Assembly: GCA_965113315.1 (NCBI GenBank)
Contig: OZ220374.1
Source: Podarcis vaucheri
Lineage: Eukaryota
Strand: one strand, 5' to 3'
Length of the DNA stretch: 64,000 bases
Shown: one piece after another, positions 1 to 12,500 of the stretch
How the letters are laid out: each line of letters opens with the position of its first letter
Position numbering within the stretch: the stretch's first letter is position 1
Made by a program: the position numbers and the translations under genes
The notes under the pieces: model-generated
What the model was told of the DNA's origin: nothing
Databases searched by the model: none
Seen by the model: only the letters and a program-made list of their open reading frames with translations

Positions 1-388
1 TCCTGAGATCCTGGAATTCTTAGACTTCATTGCCCATCCTTGTTCTGTGGCATGTCTATTCTAACAGGGTCCAGATCACCTTCCATTCTATTATCAGAAA
101 TGCACAAAACAGCCAGCTTCACTTTGCAGCTCTCAGTAAGTCCCTTCCCAAGGTGGTCCATCAGCTCATCTTGTCCACTGCCTATCCAGGTCACTGTTGC
201 CTGCCCTTTCCTTGCTTCTCCATACCATGAGGTCTCTATCTTTTCTTCACTCCCACATATTCCACAGCAGCAGAAGCATGTGGTGGGTGCATGCAGGGAA
301 GTTAAATGTCAAGCATTAACAAAAAAGATGACCTCATCCAATTTCCCTACGCATCCACCTAAGGTTTTGTCTGTTACAGTTAATAAAC

Positions 389-520
389 CAGGGGCAGGTG
401 TCTGTGGCCCTCCAGCTGTTTTGGAGTACAACTCCCATTAACCTTGAGCATGCTGGTGGGAGTGTGGGGCTAATAGTTGGAATCCAGCAACCTCTAGAAT
501 GTTACAGGTTTCCCACCTTT
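389..520. mobile_element. Short palindromic hAT-type MITE (degenerate)
   Basis: Core ccctccagctgttttggagtacaactccc, shared with copies at 5848, 18588, 20400 and 32852. Confidence 0.6.
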
Positions 521-710
521 ACAAACTGCTAGCTATCTCTACACATTTCCAGGTATGTTAAAAAACCAGCATTTTGGCTCTATCCTCCCTGCCCATCAAA
601 GTATATAATTAACACTGCCACCAGTTGTTAAAAGAGTAAAGTTCCTTGGATTCGTGCATAAAATCATATGAAACTGCTGTTCTGTAAAGTTTATTATCTG
701 CTTATTCTAG

Positions 711-831
711 AAAAAATCTTGGAGAAAGTTCTGAAGACCATTGCTAGCAATATCGCGTTTGAACATTTTGAATTTTTTTGTCAAAAACTCCAGCTTAACA
801 GTATTGTAATCAAAACAATAGAAACTGACAG
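711..831 (+). CDS. LRRD1: LRRD1 penultimate coding exon (C-terminal death-like domain)
   Basis: ttctag|...gacag|gttagt. Encodes (E)KILEKVLKTIASNIAFEHFEFFCQKLQLNSIVIKTIETD(R), resembling the recalled LRRD1 C-terminus (EKILEKIFKIVANNI...FEFLCQKL). Syntenic position upstream of CYP51A1. Confidence 0.85.
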
Positions 832-945
832 GTTAGTGATACGTAAAATTTATTTATTTTCCCTTGGAACAGGTTCTGCTAATTTCATCCATCTGGTTTT
901 TATGTTTTATGTTTTATAGATTCACTGATACGCCTCCCTGTTTAA

Positions 946-1300
946 GGGAGCAATCCTAACCCCCAATTCATGCTCCTGGAAGGTGTTCGGTTTGGGTGGA
1001 AGCCTGTACCCACTAATGGTGCAGATTGCTTGGGAGTTAAGCATGCTGCTGCCCCCCTCTGGTTTTTTTTGGGTGAGGGCAGAACACGGCCACACAAGAA
1101 TTTTCTGGATCCTAATCTGGCCCACTGACAAGCGAGGGGTCCAGTTTGGTCCCCTCTGCTGCAGCCATCTTGAGTTGGCACAGCACACCCTCTGAAAACT
1201 CTTGACTGCCCACCTGCCACCCTGACCTGCAGGAACCAGCAGGGATGTGGATGTCACCATCATCCCCAGGGCCACGTGACCCAAAGTTAGGATTGCTGTG
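946..1300. repeat. Interspersed repeat with GCAATCCTAA...TTAGGATTGC inverted termini
   Basis: Inverted termini at 946-959 and 1287-1300; a related fragment ending ttaggattgctccctta lies at about 12960-13097. Confidence 0.5.
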
Positions 1301-1343
1301 TAAAGGAGTTTAAGCATCTTCTCTGAATATTTTTTTCTATTAG

Positions 1344-1524
1344 GACTCTTTTGTTGGAAGAAAAAGTTACTCAGGCATTGAACCACTGGAAAACTGCAAA
1401 TCAAAACCTGTCTCCGGCAGCCATGACAGACCAGTTGATCAGAATACTAACTATGGCTGGCCTGTATTACCTGACCAACAAAGTGAAATCTTTAAAACTC
1501 TGTTCAAGACTGGTAAAGTTCTAA
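1344..1524 (+). CDS. LRRD1: LRRD1 last coding exon
   Basis: tttctattag| acceptor, phase matches the previous exon. Encodes TLLLEEKVTQALNHWKTANQNLSPAAMTDQLIRILTMAGLYYLTNKVKSLKLCSRLVKF*, similar to recalled ...QALVIWKT...DQLIRALTMIG...IKF*. TAA at 1522-1524. Confidence 0.85.
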
Positions 1525-1580
1525 AGAGCAAATAATATTGGTATTTTCAGTTCTGTTGCTTGGGCACATAAAATAAGCTG

Positions 1581-1586
1581 AATAAA
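1581..1586 (+). terminator. Probable LRRD1 polyadenylation signal AATAAA
   Basis: AATAAA about 57 nt after the LRRD1 stop codon. Confidence 0.6.
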
Positions 1587-1813
1587 ACTACCTTGTCAGG
1601 AGTCAGTAATTTACTGTGTTCAATGAATTGCTATTGCTGCTTTCAGTTAACTCTGATTCCAACCAGGCTTTTAAAATTAATTTTCCTCTCATGTTTTTTA
1701 TTACTTACACACACACACACGAAACAACACAAACAACAAATAATGGGTATCGGTCACCAAGTAGAAAGCAAAATCCATTCATGACATGTATACAGCAGGA
1801 AATAATAGCAGCA

Positions 1814-2438
1814 TGTTACGTTAAATAACCAGGCTAAAAAGATGTAGGAGTTACAGGGAGTCTAGGTTGCTCTGGGTGAAAGTTAATAAACAAACATCAA
1901 CTGATCAGTACTGAAAGCATAACAGCGTTGTGCAAGTTTGTCAAAGTAATGTTGTTTGTGAAACGCAAGTGTGGCGTTTGCCTCCTAGATGGGTCATAAG
2001 GTTAAAATGGGTGTGATGTGATTGGCTAGTGAGAATACAAGGGGGGAGTAAAAGTTAGAGTGGGAGGTTTTGAAGCTCAGCTGAGGTTTGGGAGTTGGGA
2101 ATTGAAGAAGGAAGAGGGAGGATTAGGTGTGGGTTGGTAGAGTTGTATTGTGAGAGAGTGAGAGGAATTGTTAGGTTGAGTCAGATACATAGGTGGAATA
2201 ATCAGTTTGGAGTTGTTAGGAACTAAGATTAAGAAACTGACAAGAGAAAAATAAACTGAAACCATACGCTTGTTCCTGCATTTAAAAATAAACTTGATTA
2301 TTTGTTAATGTTAACAACTGTCTGGACTCCGTGTGTCCCCCGTGAGAGGCGGGGTGGTGGCAGCAAAGAAAGCAATCACAGTGGTGGCACAGGGCCAACA
2401 GACCGTCAAACGTCCGGGGGCCCTGTGTGTTCGTCACA
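1814..2438 (+). mobile_element. Probable solo LTR
   Basis: TGTTACG...CGTCACA termini, purine-rich U3-like body, GATTGG about 2020, AATAAA 2287-2292. No clean TSD seen. Confidence 0.55.
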
Positions 2439-2984
2439 GCAAGCTCTATAAGTACATGAAGATCTTTAAAATTACTGGGCAAGGTTATTTCTTTGCACCA
2501 CAGGCTGTATCAGAAGAACATCTTTGCCACTGTGCCTTTGAACTGTTCCCATTATTTTCTCCCACACATCCTAAGTCATGTCACACTCTTTACTCTTGAC
2601 TCTTGACTGGCTCTTTACTGCATAGAGTTTGACTCTTGCGTCTAGGAGCTCTATAGACCTTGATGCGAAAAGCTTTTTATTTTCCTGTATGCTGTGGCAC
2701 TGTGCATGATAACAGAACAACAACACGGTGGTCTGGAGAAGAAGGAAAACCACAGCCTGGTCTGCTTCTGTCTGCTTAACAGAGACTGGATATATAAAGA
2801 AAGAATCAATAGAAGCTTCTCACAGCATAGAGACGAAAGGTTTATCAGGACTGCAGATGAAATAAGCTCCTCCGCGTGTGCCCTTTTGGCTACTAAGCAT
2901 GGCTCCGTCTCCTTTTCTCCACAGGTGGAGCACCCCGACCTCTTATCATGGGGTTGAGATTATTATGGGAGATAGTTTGGGAAA

Positions 2985-3520
2985 ACGCCCGCCTCACCCT
3001 ACCTCAGGGCGCCTCAGCGTCCGCCTCCTCCAACCGCTGCGCCGCCGCCGCGGTCACCCTGTGGCGGCGCGCTCGCCGATTGGCTTCCGCGCCGCGTTCG
3101 TCAGATGGGCAGAGATCGGCCCAGCTCCCGCCGGCGGAGGATAGGCCACGCCCCTTCGCCCGGCTTCTCTCGGCGTCCGAGTCCCCGTCGGTCCTGGTCC
3201 TGCGTGCCTCAGAGCCGGGAGGATGATGGCGGCGCCGAGCTTGCTGGAAGCGGGCTACTCCCTGCTGGAGAAGGCGGCGGCTGGCAGCCCGCTCTCCCTC
3301 TTGCTGGCCGCCTCCGCTTTCGCCCTCGGCTTGGGATATTTGCTGCAGCTCGGCTCCCGGCAGAAGATGCCCAGCGCCGGCCAGGTGGGTCGCGGCGGGG
3401 GCGGCATTGGGTGGGCAGAACTTGGACCCGTGCCGGTATTTGGGGGTCGCACCAAACCTGGGCAGCGGAAGGGGAAGCGGCGGGTCCTTGCAGCAGGTGC
3501 ATCCAAGCACAGGCAGCCGC
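2985..3520 (+). promoter_or_regulatory. CpG island / CYP51A1 promoter with SRE-like, CCAAT, CRE-half and GC-box motifs
   Basis: Sharp GC/CpG-rich block over exon 1. CTCACCCTAC 2993-3002, GTCACCCTGT 3053-3062, ATTGG 3079-3083, CGTCA 3099-3103, CCACGCCCC about 3146-3154. Confidence 0.75.
3223..3384 (+). CDS. CYP51A1: CYP51A1 exon 1 (membrane anchor)
   Basis: [11 protein letters not shown]...[19 protein letters not shown]...SAGQ|gtgggt. Confidence 0.9.
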
Positions 3521-6500
3521 CGCCTTGGAATGGGCAGCCAAAGGAGGAACAAGGGCACTCTGTGCGTGTGCAGAAATCCCCCTTCCTCAAACGCCTTTGT
3601 TTTGTTTCCAGAGAAGAAATCTGGAGTAAAGAAATCAGAGTAAAGAGCCCGGGTGCTTGGCATTTCTTTAATTTCTATAGATGCGTGTAGGTGAAAAGGT
3701 GGAGATTCATAGGGGCGGTGCTGTTTCCTGATTCCCATCCAAAGCGGAGCATTGAATATCTGTCATCCTTTTTTTTAGAGCCAGCCTTGCTGGTTAGCTC
3801 AGTTGGTTAGATCACGGTGCTGAAAACAGTTTAGTGAGAGCTGCTTTTTGCTAAACTATATAACAAAAGGCTTTCTTCTTCTTCTTCTTCAGAATTACCC
3901 ACCTTACATTTCGTCGAACGTCCCCTTTTTGGGACATGCGATTGCATTTGGGAAGAATCCTATCGAATTCTTGGAAAACGCCTATGAAAAAGTGAGTCTA
4001 TAATCATTTTGCGGTATAAGTGTTAGGGTTCCAAAGTAACACAACTATTCAGAATCCTTGAGCTCAAATATTCAGCTGAATGAAATTCCAAGACTGAAGT
4101 CTCATAGGCTAGCCATGCATCCCATGCAAATATGAGAACCTTGATGCTACTTTTAAAAAATGAAAAGCTGTTTTAGAAGATTTTAGAATGCAAAAGTGCG
4201 GTTTGAGTTCTTTCTCTGTATCAGCTCCTAAATCCTCCTCCAAGTGGCTTCACCTCATCTTGTGTGGGGTTTCTGTGGTTCATCGTGGATGTTCGAGATC
4301 TGAGTTCTTCTCATGATTGGTTATGCATTTGAGTATATTAGCCTATTGAGACTAATATTTGGTGCAGAGTGATAATAATGGTCTGCCCAAAATCTTAACT
4401 AAAATAACAGTAAGTTATCGGTAAATCAATATTCACATTAGTAGTAAGTGAGTGAACAGGGATGTGGTTAACAACAACACTCTTTTCAAAACCAAAGCTA
4501 CTATAGGGTAATATCCAACTAAGTCATGTTTGGGGTATTGATAGAAGGAATCTAAGTACTGGTTTCATTGGGTTTACTCTATGAATAACCTTGGGTATTA
4601 AATGAAATGAACAGATGCAAATAATCTACATGTGGTTAGTATAACTTTTTCTATGGGAAAAAGAGTGGTGTAGAATTATAATTGGGTGGGCCTGGTGAAT
4701 CTCTGGTCATTGTCTACTTTGTCTGGCCATTCCCCATCTGTCTACTTGAACAAGTTTAAACATTATGTGCAATTCAAGTCTAAGTATGTTTACCTGGAAG
4801 TATTTACATACATACATACATATATATATTCTGCCTTCCAAGAAGCTCAAAGCACTGTGTAATCCTACTCTGATTTTATCCTCCCAACTACCTTGTAAAA
4901 CAGTTACCGTATATTGTGCCATAGGTTGCAGCCAGACACAGTAGATGTCTAGGTAGATGCATTTTTGTTTTCGTTTTTGCTTCTTGTATACAGCTATTTA
5001 TGTTTTTTAAAGCAGTTACTATACATTTTATGGATTTCAGTGAAAATTCTCACTATCTTTGCTGCATGATAATAAAGTCACATTCTTGTACGCTTCTGTT
5101 CCCTGCCCCTTCATTTCCTACCTTCTCGATTTGTTTCCACAGTACGGTCCTGTATTTAGCTTCACAATGGTGGGGAAGACGTTTACATATCTCCTGGGTA
5201 GTGATGCTGCTGCTCTGCTGTTCAACAGTAAAAATGAAGACTTGAATGCAGAAGATGTGTATTCACGGCTAACCACACCTGTCTTTGGCAAGGGAGTAGC
5301 TTATGATGTACCCAACCCAGTATGTGTTATTTCCATTTCAGTTTATTTACAGTGGTACCTCTGGTTGCGAACGGGATCCGTTCCGGAGGCCCGTTCGCAA
5401 CATGAAAAGAACGCAACCTGCAGCGGTGCATCTTCGCACACACAGGTTGCAATTTGCTGCTTCTATGCATGCACGTGACACCATTTTGCGCGTTTGTGCA
5501 TGCGCAAGCGGTGAAACCCGGAAGTAACCCTTTCCTGTACTTCCGGGTCGCCACGGGATGTAACCTGAAAGGATGTAACATGAAGTGCACGTAACATGAG
5601 GTATGACTGTACTTTCATGATGCATATAGAACACAACAAGTTGTTGCAATAACAAAACAACAGAGTTAGCTTCAATTACTCATAAGTATTGCTGCCATAT
5701 TCAGTATTGCTGCCATAATTCAATACAATTAGCCAAACTAATGACAGAAGATGAAATAGTAGATAGTACAATTTTATGGCTGAATACCCACTCCAGAACT
5801 GCTGATACACTCTTTCAGGGTGCATTGTATTACTTTATAGTTTAACTCAAGCATAGCAAACTCGACCCTCCAGATGTTTTGGGACTACAACTCCCATCAT
5901 CCCTAGCTAACAGGACCAGTGGTCAGGGATGATGGGAATTGTAGCCCCCAAAATATATGGCGGGCTGAGTTTGCCTATGCCTGGTTTAACTTATGGTTCA
6001 CTTCAGAAAGAAGTTATTAGCCTGAAGGCATTTTATATAAAAAAAGGTTTGGATCAAGACGGGTTTTTTGTGCACATGTAAATGCTTCACAGTTTGTCTT
6101 ATTATGTCCTAAAAAATTGCCATCTTTGCAATGAGTTCTATAATGTATTATAGCCACAAGCCAGCCAAAGTGAAACTGATTCTGATGTGGGAAGAAAGTG
6201 GAACATATGTGCCTTACTTTTTCCTACTAAAATTAGTGGCAAACAAGTCCTTACCTTTTTGCTAGTTCATGCCTAAAACATACAAGTTGAATATTTTGTA
6301 AATACAGCATTCTTTGCTTTTTAAAGGTATTTCTGGAACAGAAGAAGATGCTTAAAACTGGGCTGAACATAAGCCAGTTTAAAAGTCATATACCAATAAT
6401 TGAAAAAGAAACTATGGAATATTTTAAAACTTGGGGGGAAAGTGGAGAAAAAAGTAAGTGTATAGTTTGAAATATTGTGCTTCTGTTTGAACTGGATCAT

Positions 6501-9500
6501 TCTGGAACAAGCGTTGGTGTATCAGGTTGCAATCAATTATTTGTAACTTCTTAGGTGTATAGAATCCTATATCAACAACTTCAGGGCAAATAAAATACTC
6601 AGTTGCTATCTTATGGGCAACAAATAATGAAATAAAAATGGCAGGAAAAATAACACTATGTGCTCAGTTCCAGACCTATTTTTGCATAAGGCTTTGGTGC
6701 TGGTATTGAAAAGGAGTTTGGAAGGTTTGCCTCCTGCTTTTCCCTATGCACGTTGCTTGAGTAAAAATTCTAGTGAATGGCTACTCATTGGCTCCATCGT
6801 GATGGATAACTGTTTTGTTTTTTCCCTCCTTGTTATAATGACCTGAGATGATTGTTTGAAGGGTAGACTTGCATTTTTTATTGAAATTTGAAAAAGAATA
6901 CAAAGATTAATATCAAATATCTTTTTATCAAGGCCAAAAACCGATCTAAATAAAACACAGAGAAGAAAGAAAGAAAGAAAAAAGGGAGTACTTTCACAAC
7001 CTATTCTAGGGTTGATGGGAGCCTTGTGTGATGTTTTCATCCAATTTGAGCTATTTCATCCCTATGTAGGACTGAAAATAAACATGCAACCAGTTCTGTT
7101 CAAACAACCTGATGGCACATTTCATTAAAGCATGTGGTCAGGAATGGATTTAGTTCATGGGTCTGAAGTTTCTAGGTTGTAGGCTCTCAAGTTAGATGGG
7201 ATTTTATAACCCTGTGGGATGGATAACTCTAAATCTGGCTTCAGCACATTTCGTCTGGCCCATTCCTTACAATATATTTTTAAAAAAGAAATCTTCAGTA
7301 AATTCTGTCACACAACCTCTCCCACAGACAAAGGTAAGATACTCACAAGGGAGCAGGATTACAAGGTACTTTTAGGGCTGCCTTTACTTTTACTTTATTT
7401 TATTTTCCATGTAAAAAACCATTTGCAGCATCTAGAAACAGTAGCTTCTGCCACACATGGCAAAAATGGACTGTGTTCATTTATTTTTGAGGTTCATTTT
7501 GATGGTAAATGTGAATTCTTCCTCTGATTTACTGAATTCCCATTAATGTACTTTCCCCCTCTATGCACAGACTTGTTTACAGCACTTTCAGAACTAATAA
7601 TTTTGACAGCAAGTCACTGTTTACATGGGAAGGAGATAAGAAGCATTCTTGACGAGAAGGTAGCACAGCTCTATGCCGATTTGGATGGGGGATTTTCTCA
7701 TGCAGCTTGGCTTTTGCCAGGCTGGCTGCCTTTGCCCAGCTTCAGGTACTGAGAAACTTGATGAACAGGGAATTTAGTTAATCAGATATGCATTCTATAG
7801 ATTTTATCCTACCCTCCATGAGGAATTATGGGCTTTCTATGCAGTTGCCTTTCCTTTGTTACACCATCACAGCAACCCTGTCAATTAAATTGGTCTTAGT
7901 GATGTTGTACTTCAGGGTGGAGCAGGGATTAACATTAATTATGTTGTGCTGTAACCTGAGATACTTAACTTCACTAATGTTTCAGTTCAATTCCAGTTTA
8001 CACTACTATACTTCTTGATGTTTTGTTTATTTACTGAGTGCTGCTAAAACAGAACACTTAGTATTTAGCTTAAATATCAATTTGGTTTCACAGCATTTAT
8101 TTTCGAATCTATAGCCACAACATTCTACGTATGAGTCAGTCCTGCTTAAGGACCTCTTTGCTCTTTATGTGGTGTGGGAGCTGCTTCAGTGCAGCCCCTT
8201 GCCAGCCCATGGAGGACCGCCAAATTCCACTGTTTTCTATGCCAGTATTGCCCTGGTTTTCAAAAGGGGAAATACCAGCATGAGAAGGGAGCAATCTCCC
8301 TTTGAACCAAAACAAAGCCTCCATTACTGTTGGTGCTAGACTATGAAGTACAGATTAGAATGTGGATTGTTTCTCAGCATGCCAGTGTTTGTCAGATACA
8401 GTGGTACCTCGGGTTACATACGCTTCGGGTTACATACGCTTCAGGTTACAGACTCTGGTAACCCAGAAATAGTGCTTCAGGTTAAGAACTTTGCTTCAGG
8501 ATAAGAACAGAAATCGTGCTCTGACGGCGCAGCGGCAGCAGGAGGCCCCTTTAGCTAAAGTGGTGATTCAGGTTAAGAAAAGTTTCAGGTTAAGAACGGA
8601 CCTCCGGAACGAATTACGTACGTAACCCGAGGTACCACGCGTATTGAAAGAAAGTCCCACCTTTCAGGTAGTAGTATCACCTTAGCCCAGGGGTCAGCAA
8701 ACTTTTTCAGCAGGGGGCTGTCCCACTGTCCCTCAGACCTTGTGGGGGGCCGGACTATATTTTGGAAAAAAAATGAACAAATTCCTATGCCCCACTAATA
8801 ACCCAGAGATGCATTTTAAATAAAAGCACACATTCTACTCATGTAAAAAGACGCTGATTCCCGGACCGTCCACAGGCCGGATTTAGAAGGCGATTGGGCT
8901 GGATCCGGCCCCTGGGCCTTAGTTTGCCTACCCATGCATTAGCCTCTCAGTAAGTACACTTTTGTATAGAATTGTAGGGTCAATCTAGTCTTTTTACGTT
9001 TGTGTAAATTGATACAGCCTTTTAAGGAGCAATGCAGGGAACATGCATGCGTGTTGAAATTGGAAACTGATATGTAGAATTCAAACCCTGTAGATTAAAT
9101 TTTTTCCCCCTTGTAAACACGCTGTGACTTGGATTGTTTTAATTTCAGGCGCAGAGATAGAGCCCACAATAAGATAAAGTCCATTTTTTACGAAATAATT
9201 CAGAAACGACGGAAGTCTTTGGCAAGAGAGGACGATATGCTTCAAACACTGCTGGATGTTACCTACAAGTACGTGATGTAGCAAAAATGTTGCTGTTAGT
9301 TCCAGGAAGGTCTTTTCAGCTCTGAGTTTCCAACAACTTTTTATTCAGGAAGATAAAATAGCAGCAGAGCAACAAGTAGCCTGACTTATGCGAAGCAGAG
9401 CAGGCTTTTTTGCAGTGCCAGCCCTGCCCCTCACTGCAAATGCAGTGGAAGGACACAGTATGAATATTTCTGTATAAATTGTAGAATATTTCTAATAAAT

Positions 9501-12500
9501 TGTCCTAGCAATCCTGAAACGATTCTATGTATTTTGCTTGAATTAATTTGAATTTGTTTTAGCAGAAATGGAAAACAGCAGCCACCCAGAGGATTGTGTC
9601 CATGAAATCTGTTTTTTGACTTCCTTGTTCAAGTGGCACATATGACCTGTGTTGTCTGTTTTTAAAATCTAGAGATGGCCGTTACCTATCAGATGATGAA
9701 ATTGCTGGGATGCTTATTGGGCTGCTGTTGGCCGGTCAGCACACATCTTCGACTACAAGCACTTGGCTTGGCTTCTTTTTGGCTAGAGATAAATCAATCC
9801 AGGAGCGATGTTATGGGGAGCAAAAAGCAGTGTGTGGGGAAGACTTGCCTTCATTAAGCTATGACCAGGTTTGTAAGTTCTGTAATTCCTTTTAATCATT
9901 TCTGTGTGAATGCATGCAAGTTCCTTAAATGTTTAGGTGGAATTAGTTGAGAGAACAGGTTTTCAGAGGGCTTTTTAGTTCTTGGTTTTTAATTATGAGT
10001 GAAGTTAAATCTCCTAAATTGGGGGGGGGGGCAAATTGGTGGGCTTTCCTATTTGGCGAAGCCATGTCCACCTTCCCTGCATGTAATATATGATGCCAGG
10101 TGTGGGGCAGGTAAAGGTGAGTCTTGGCTGAAAGGGCGCTTGCAGGCAAGACTGATTGGCAATGTCTGCAAAGCCATTTACAAAAGTGCTATTTTCCACA
10201 GTGCTTTGAATGGAGTTTCCGAACATCTGACAATCAGCTGCTTCTCAGATCTTTAGGAACCTCCTTGAAAGCCTTGTATAAAGTAGCAGGCAGAAGAGCT
10301 CACTTGCCATCGGTCAGAATAAGAATGAGTGAAGATAATTATCTGGCCCGCTGGGCTAGAGAGATTCCTACCCTTGCCCTAGCTCAGTCAGTAAAAGCAT
10401 GTGACTCTTAATCTTAGGGTCATGGGTTCAAGTTCTACTTCGGGCAAGAAGATTCCTGCATTGCAGGGGATTGGATGGGAAGGTCCCTTCCAACAATTCT
10501 ATGATTCTAGGTGTAATGAGAGTTAGTTTGGACCAGAGTTAAGATTGAGCAGTGTTATGGATGCTAATGTAAAATTACACGCCAACACGTAGTTTCTTTT
10601 TCTCCAATTACATAGAGGAAAATGTGTTTTAAATTGCTTTAGTTCTGCTGGAAGATAATGATCTGCTGTTTAGCTTCATGCTAAATTATGTTTCTTTCAC
10701 TAAAGGACGTTATCCGTATAGATATGCACAAAACCGACAAGGTTTGTTTTTACTCATTTGTAGCTCAAAGATATGACTTTCCTGGAACTTTGCTTGAAAG
10801 AAACATTAAGACTTCGACCTCCTATAATGACTATGATGAGGATGGCTAAAACTCCCCAAGTAAGAATCTTTGTTTGTTTCAGCGATATGTTAAAGCAGAA
10901 ATAAGACTTGATGAGGCGGTAAGTGGAATGTGTGGTGGGGCAGAGCCACCTTCCTGTCATTGCTGCTTCTCTGGGCAGCAGAGAAGAGGAGCCAGCGATA
11001 CTCCTGCTGGTGAACTGTGACTCTGACCTCACCCCTTCTAACTAGGTAGCAGTGATGTCAAGGTGCCACTACTGACCAGAAGGGTACGCTCCAAAAGCAA
11101 TATGAAGTTGCAAACATTACTTTTATTGACAAATAACAGTACGAAAGGTGGAATAGTTCTAACCTCTTGATTTCTCCCCTTCTAAATGATGCAATCAGTT
11201 AAAGTAACTGGGCAGACACAGTTATGTATGAGGTTGTTGTAGTACCTAAAACTTAATACATGGGCAAAGTAGTCCTTGGAGGCGGGGTTGAAGAAGAAGG
11301 GAGTTTATGGCAGATGAGTTAATGCTTACTTCCAAAGCCCTGCTGTGTTTACACTGGCCAGGGTGGAAGGTGGGGGTGGGAATAATCTCTCTCCCAAAGA
11401 GAATAGACTACATCAGCTTGAGGGCAGGAGTAGGGCTGTGGCTGGTTTGAAGGCTTCTAAGGAAAAGAGGAACTAAGAGTTTCCACAACATGCCCCCTTT
11501 CCATTCGATACTATCCTTGGAGCGCTAACAGCAGAGGAGTGGTGATGGTGGAGCTTTTAACTCCCACAAGAAGGACTCTAGTGCTGGACCTCCCTTTCTG
11601 ACTGCAGAGAAGAAACCCTGTGCTATCCTATAGACTCTCTGCTGCTCTTCCAGGTGTTCAGGACTGCTGCTTGCCTTAAATTATTTCCAGCAGTTGGCCA
11701 ATTACTGATGTGCTAAGCAATATCTTAAGGACATTTCAGCATCTTTGTCAACTACCCTGGTATAAAGTAACAGCTCTGCATTTAGGCCCCAACATACTTG
11801 TGTTGGTTTTTGGTTAAGTAATAAAAAATACTAGGTATATAAAAAGAGAATTCCCTGGATGCCAAGATTCAGGTTCGGGATAAGTACTCTTTGGTGAAAG
11901 AACCCCAGCAGAGATTTAAGACCACAAAACACGCAGCAAAGTGCTGTTGGATCTTTAAAATATTAAATTCTAAGTTGCTTCCAGAGTTCCTCACTTCACT
12001 TAACACAGAAAAAGACTAGACGTTTGGTAAATAAAAAATGGTTTACTAATAAACTCTTCAATAGACAGATTCATCTGCTTTTCCATACAGTCGTCAGAAT
12101 AGGGGGTAGTAAAACTTAGGTTCTAAAGTAGTGTTTCTAAATTATTTGGTATAGACACACCAAGGCGGCTGGCTTAAGCCATGTGGTCTGAGCTTGGAGC
12201 ATCTAGCTTAGACTCCCTTATTGGTAGAGTTCACATGCTGGAATGGAAAGAACAAAGGCTTGATCCCTTCCTCCCAAGGTGAGAGGGGGAGTGACCTAGC
12301 TAAACTAAACAGGACAGCTTAAGCTATGGTCTTAACCCCAATGCATTAATTAGACTTAAGCATATTGGTTATAGGAGGCTGGATGTCCCACAACTTGAGC
12401 AAACATAGAGAATTGCCTTAGCTGGGATAGTGATAATACATTTCTCTTGATGATATGAGTGGTACATGAATAGTATTAGTAAATCAACTATCCAAACTTT

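Noticed and set aside
922-1404. 160-aa minus-strand ORF
   Set aside because: Runs through an interspersed repeat and antisense to an LRRD1 exon; no protein-family features.
3004-3738. 244-aa antisense ORF and other overlapping ORFs across CYP51A1 exon 1
   Set aside because: GC-rich CpG island lacks stop codons by composition; low-complexity Arg/Ala/Pro peptide with no recognisable domain.
3785-3830. tRNA-like sequence (ggttagctcagttggttaga)
   Set aside because: Only an A-box/D-arm fragment with no T-arm or acceptor stem; a SINE head remnant, not a tRNA gene.
5686-5722. Short tandem duplication agtattgctgccata(a)ttca x2
   Set aside because: Ordinary slippage duplication in an intron.
10376-10448. 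Possible tRNA-Lys(CTT) gene
   Set aside because: Several stem-breaking substitutions and a CR1-like tail indicate a SINE.
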